NCBI GenBank assembly: GCA_964574895.1
Contig: CAZNPB010000006.1
Location: forward strand, 16,879 to 80,878
Source of the DNA: an uncultured Eubacteriales bacterium
Lineage (GTDB): Bacteria > Acidobacteriota > Aminicenantia > Aminicenantales > Saccharicenantaceae
DNA: 64,000 nt
Direction: 5' to 3'
Shown here: positions 61,064-64,000 of the stretch, piece by piece
Position numbering within the stretch: position 1 is the stretch's first letter
How the letters are laid out: every line of letters begins with the position of its first letter
Translations under genes and position numbers: made by a program
Notes under the pieces: model-generated
The model's database searches: none
What the model was told of the DNA's origin: nothing
The model's input: the letters and a program-made list of their open reading frames with translations, nothing else

Positions 61064-62245
61064 GTGGATCTATTCGACAAGTGCCGGGCCTTCACCCGGG
61101 CCGATGAGCTCAAGGCGGCCGACCTGTATCCCTACTTCACCCCCATCGAGGAAGCGGTCGGGAACGAGATCAAGGTCGGCGGCCGGCCGATGATCATGGT
61201 CGGCTCCAACAATTACCTCGGACTGGCCCACCATCCCCGGGCCAAGGCGGCGGCCAAGGAGGCCGTCGACCGCTACGGCGTCGGCACCTGCGGCTCGCGC
61301 TTCCTGACCGGGACGATCGACCTCCACGAGAAGCTCGAGGCCCGACTGGCCGGGTTCCTGCGGCGCGAAGCCGCCCTGACCTTCAGCACGGGCTACCAGA
61401 CCAACCTGGGCATCATCTCGACGATCGCCGGCAAAGGCGACCACATCGTCATCGACCGCATGGTCCACGCCAGCATCATCGACGCCTGCCGCCTGTCCTT
61501 CGCCACGGTCCACAAGTACCGCCACAACAGCATGAAGGACCTCGACCGCCTGCTGGCCTCGCTGCCGGAGCGGGCCGGCAAGCTCGTCGTCGTCGACGGC
61601 GTCTTCAGCATGGAGGGCGACATCGCCGACCTGCCGGGCATCGTCCCCCTGGCCCGCAAGTACGGGGCCCGGATCCTGGTCGACGACGCCCACGGCATCG
61701 GCGTCCTCGGGGCGACGGGCCGGGGCACGCCGGAGCACTTCGGCCTGGAAGCCGAGGTCGACCTGGTCATGGGCACGTTCAGCAAGACCTTCGCCTCGAT
61801 CGGCGGCGTCGTGGCCGGGTCCCGGACCGTCATCTCCTACATCAAGCACCACGCCCGGCCGCTGATCTTCAGCGCCGCCGCCACCCCGGCCTCCATCGCC
61901 TCGGTCCTGGCCATCCTGGACATGCTCGAGACCCAGCCCGAGCTGCGGGCCCGGCTCTGGGCCGTCACCGAGCGCATGCGCTCCGGCTTCCGGGCCATGG
62001 GCTACGACACCGGCCCGTCGCAGACCCCCATCATCCCCGTCCTCGTCCACGACGACGAGAAGTGCTTCATGCTCTGGCGGCTGCTGCGGGAGGAAGGCAT
62101 CTTCACGACGCCGGTCGTCTATCCCGCCGTGGGGCGGGGGCAGTCCCTGATCCGGACCAGCTACGGGGCCGGCCACACCGACGCCGAGCTCGACGCCATC
62201 CTGGCGGCCTTTGAAAAGTGCGGCCGGCAGCTGGGGATCATTTGA
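61064..62245 (+). CDS. PLP-dependent alpha-oxoamine synthase, serine-palmitoyltransferase-like (Spt/BioF/KBL family)
   Basis: …FSTGYQTNLGIISTIAGKGD…, …DDAHGIGVLGATGRG…, PLP-Lys in GTFSKTFASIGG. GTG start 7 nt after GGAGG. Confidence 0.8.
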   Translation: MDLFDKCRAFTRADELKAADLYPYFTPIEEAVGNEIKVGGRPMIMVGSNNYLGLAHHPRAKAAAKEAVDRYGVGTCGSRFLTGTIDLHEKLEARLAGFLRREAALTFSTGYQTNLGIISTIAGKGDHIVIDRMVHASIIDACRLSFATVHKYRHNSMKDLDRLLASLPERAGKLVVVDGVFSMEGDIADLPGIVPLARKYGARILVDDAHGIGVLGATGRGTPEHFGLEAEVDLVMGTFSKTFASIGGVVAGSRTVISYIKHHARPLIFSAAATPASIASVLAILDMLETQPELRARLWAVTERMRSGFRAMGYDTGPSQTPIIPVLVHDDEKCFMLWRLLREEGIFTTPVVYPAVGRGQSLIRTSYGAGHTDAELDAILAAFEKCGRQLGII

Positions 62246-64000
62246 GAGCCCGGGCCTGGCTGGCCGTCCTGGCCCTCGGCGCGGCCGCCCTGGCGGCCGA
62301 AGCGGCCACCATCACCATGCCGCTGTCCCAGGTCAAGCCGGGCCAGAAGGGCCGCGGCAAGAGCGTCTTCCGGGGCCGGGCCATCGAGGACTTCGAGGTC
62401 GAGATCCTCGGCGTCCTGGAGAATTCCGCGCCCAAGCGCAGCGTCATCCTGGCCCGGCTGAAGGGCCAAGGCCTCGAATCGACGGGCATCATCGCCGGCA
62501 TGAGCGGCAGTCCCGTCTACATCGACGGCAAGCTCATCGGGGCCGTGGCCTCCGGCTTCGCCTACTCCAAGGACGCCATCGCCGGGATCACGCCGATCGA
62601 GGAGATGCTGGCCGTCGGCGCTTCGCCCGAAGCGCCCGGGCCCGGCCCGGCCCGGACGCTCGTCCTGCGCGAGGACGCGAGCCAGGAGGAGCTGGCCGGG
62701 GCCTACCTGAAGACCCTGGAGCCCCGGCCCGGCCCGGCCCGGCCCGACCCCTCGCTGGCCCCTCTCGAGCTGCCCCTGGTCATGAGCGGCTTCCCGGCCG
62801 CGGCCTTCGAGCGGGCCCGGTCGTTCTTCTCTCCCTTGGGCTTCCGGGCCGTCCGGAGCGGGACCGCGGGACAGGCCCGGTCCGTCGGCGCCGCGGCCGA
62901 AGCGCCGCTGCGCGAGGGCGACGCGGTGGGCGTCCAGCTCATCGGCGGCGACCTCGACATCAGTGCTGTCGGCACGGTGACCTACGTCGACGGCAACAGG
63001 ATCCTGGCCTTCGGCCATCCGATCTACAATCTCGGGAAGGTCGATTACGCCATGACCCGGGCCGACATCATCACCGTCATGCCCAGCCTGGAGAGCTCCT
63101 TCAAGCTGTCGGCGACCGGCCCGGTCATCGGCCGTTTCAGCCAGGACCGCACGGCCGGGGCGGCGGGCGAGGTCGGGGTCCTGCCCCGGCTCATCCCGCT
63201 CAACATCGGCCTGCAGGGCGGTCCCGGGGTCCGCAAGGATTTCAAGCTCCGGCTGGCCGCCGACAGGTTCCTGACCCCGGCCCTCGTCAACATGGCCGTG
63301 TCCGGCCTGATGACGGGGGAGGAGCGCAGCTACGGCGACCTGGCCCTGGAGTTCAGCGCCGACGTCTTCCTCGACAAGGGCGGCCTGGCCGTCCATCTCG
63401 AGGACCTCTTTTCGGGCGGTTACGACAACTCGGCGACCAGCCTGTCCGGGCTGCTGGCGGCGGTCACCTACGTCCTGCTGAACAACGAGTTCCAGGACGT
63501 CGGCATCTTCCGCATCGACCTCAGCGTCAAGGCCGTCGAGGAGACCCGCCAGGCCACCCTGGAGAGGGTCCTGCTCGACAAATACGAGGTCTCGCCGGGC
63601 GAGGTCATCAAGCTCCAGGCCTTCTACCGGACCCAGAAGGACGAGCGGCGGATGGAGGAGGTTTCCATCCTGGCCCCGGCCCTGCCGGCCGGCACCGAGT
63701 TCCAGGTCCTCGTCGGCGACGGCGCGACCATGCAGCAGGTCGAGCGGTCCCAGTACCGCATCCAGGAGTTCGTGCCCCGGAGCCTCGACCAGCTCGTCCG
63801 CCTCCTGAGCAGCCTGCGCAAGAACAACCGGATCTACTTCCGGCTCATGGCCCCCAAGCCGGGGCTGTTCCTGAAGGGCGAAGAGCTGCCCAACCTGCCG
63901 CCGACCCTCAAGACCATGTTCGCCTCGCCGCGCTCCTCGGCGGCCGGCCCGACCGAGATCAACCGGTCCACGCTGAGCGAATACCAATTGGCCGTTCCCT
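62242..64000 (+). CDS. S55 (SpoIVB-like) serine peptidase, 3'-truncated by the window edge
   Basis: Manual translation of the frame open to the window end. Signal-like RARAWLAVLALGAAALAAEA, then GMSGSPVYIDGKLIGAV serine motif. Start TTG 62242 or GTG 62218. Not in the ORF table because no stop falls in the window. Confidence 0.6.
   Translation, partial: MRARAWLAVLALGAAALAAEAATITMPLSQVKPGQKGRGKSVFRGRAIEDFEVEILGVLENSAPKRSVILARLKGQGLESTGIIAGMSGSPVYIDGKLIGAVASGFAYSKDAIAGITPIEEMLAVGASPEAPGPGPARTLVLREDASQEELAGAYLKTLEPRPGPARPDPSLAPLELPLVMSGFPAAAFERARSFFSPLGFRAVRSGTAGQARSVGAAAEAPLREGDAVGVQLIGGDLDISAVGTVTYVDGNRILAFGHPIYNLGKVDYAMTRADIITVMPSLESSFKLSATGPVIGRFSQDRTAGAAGEVGVLPRLIPLNIGLQGGPGVRKDFKLRLAADRFLTPALVNMAVSGLMTGEERSYGDLALEFSADVFLDKGGLAVHLEDLFSGGYDNSATSLSGLLAAVTYVLLNNEFQDVGIFRIDLSVKAVEETRQATLERVLLDKYEVSPGEVIKLQAFYRTQKDERRMEEVSILAPALPAGTEFQVLVGDGATMQQVERSQYRIQEFVPRSLDQLVRLLSSLRKNNRIYFRLMAPKPGLFLKGEELPNLPPTLKTMFASPRSSAAGPTEINRSTLSEYQLAVP

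Noticed and set aside
1-64000. CRISPR arrays, rRNA genes, IS elements/transposases
   Set aside because: Scanned for regularly spaced direct repeats and transposase-like ORFs. None found. The only repeat families are the 43-bp palindromes and intragenic protein repeats.

Overview
High-GC (~68-72%) bacterial chromosomal window with about 58 protein genes, one tRNA-Lys(CTT), no rRNA and no CRISPR array. The content is mostly housekeeping and envelope/secreted functions. These include a CopB-type Cu P-type ATPase, TldD/PmbA, a GH38 mannosidase, two M6/InhA-like metalloproteases, two amidohydrolases, an NSS transporter, rpoZ, tatD, plsC, fabH, and many Tat/lipoprotein-signal proteins. Standout features: (i) a ~3 kb low-GC (40-53%) three-gene cassette at 431-3470 (secreted six-bladed beta-propeller protein, radical-SAM/SPASM maturase, 132-aa unknown protein) flanked on both sides by ~60-70% GC DNA. 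This suggests a horizontally acquired peptide/protein-modification locus whose substrate is unidentified. (ii) an AbiEi/AbiEii type-IV TA / abortive-infection pair behind an AT-rich promoter with a perfect 15-bp inverted repeat. (iii) a 43-bp perfectly palindromic repeat family in three copies, each at convergent or tandem gene 3' ends; two copies have been recruited as the C-terminal codons of unrelated proteins. (iv) three minus-strand intrinsic terminators sharing an A8-GGGG(AC) motif. (v) a possible bacterial ceramide-type lipid cluster (Spt-like alpha-oxoamine synthase, CerR-like epimerase/dehydratase-family reductase, FabH-like KAS III). (vi) a Tat-lipoprotein TldD next to a signal-less PmbA. 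(vii) several leaderless-type promoters. The table's many long antisense ORFs are treated as GC3 artefacts. All calls come from reading motifs by eye; no database search was run.
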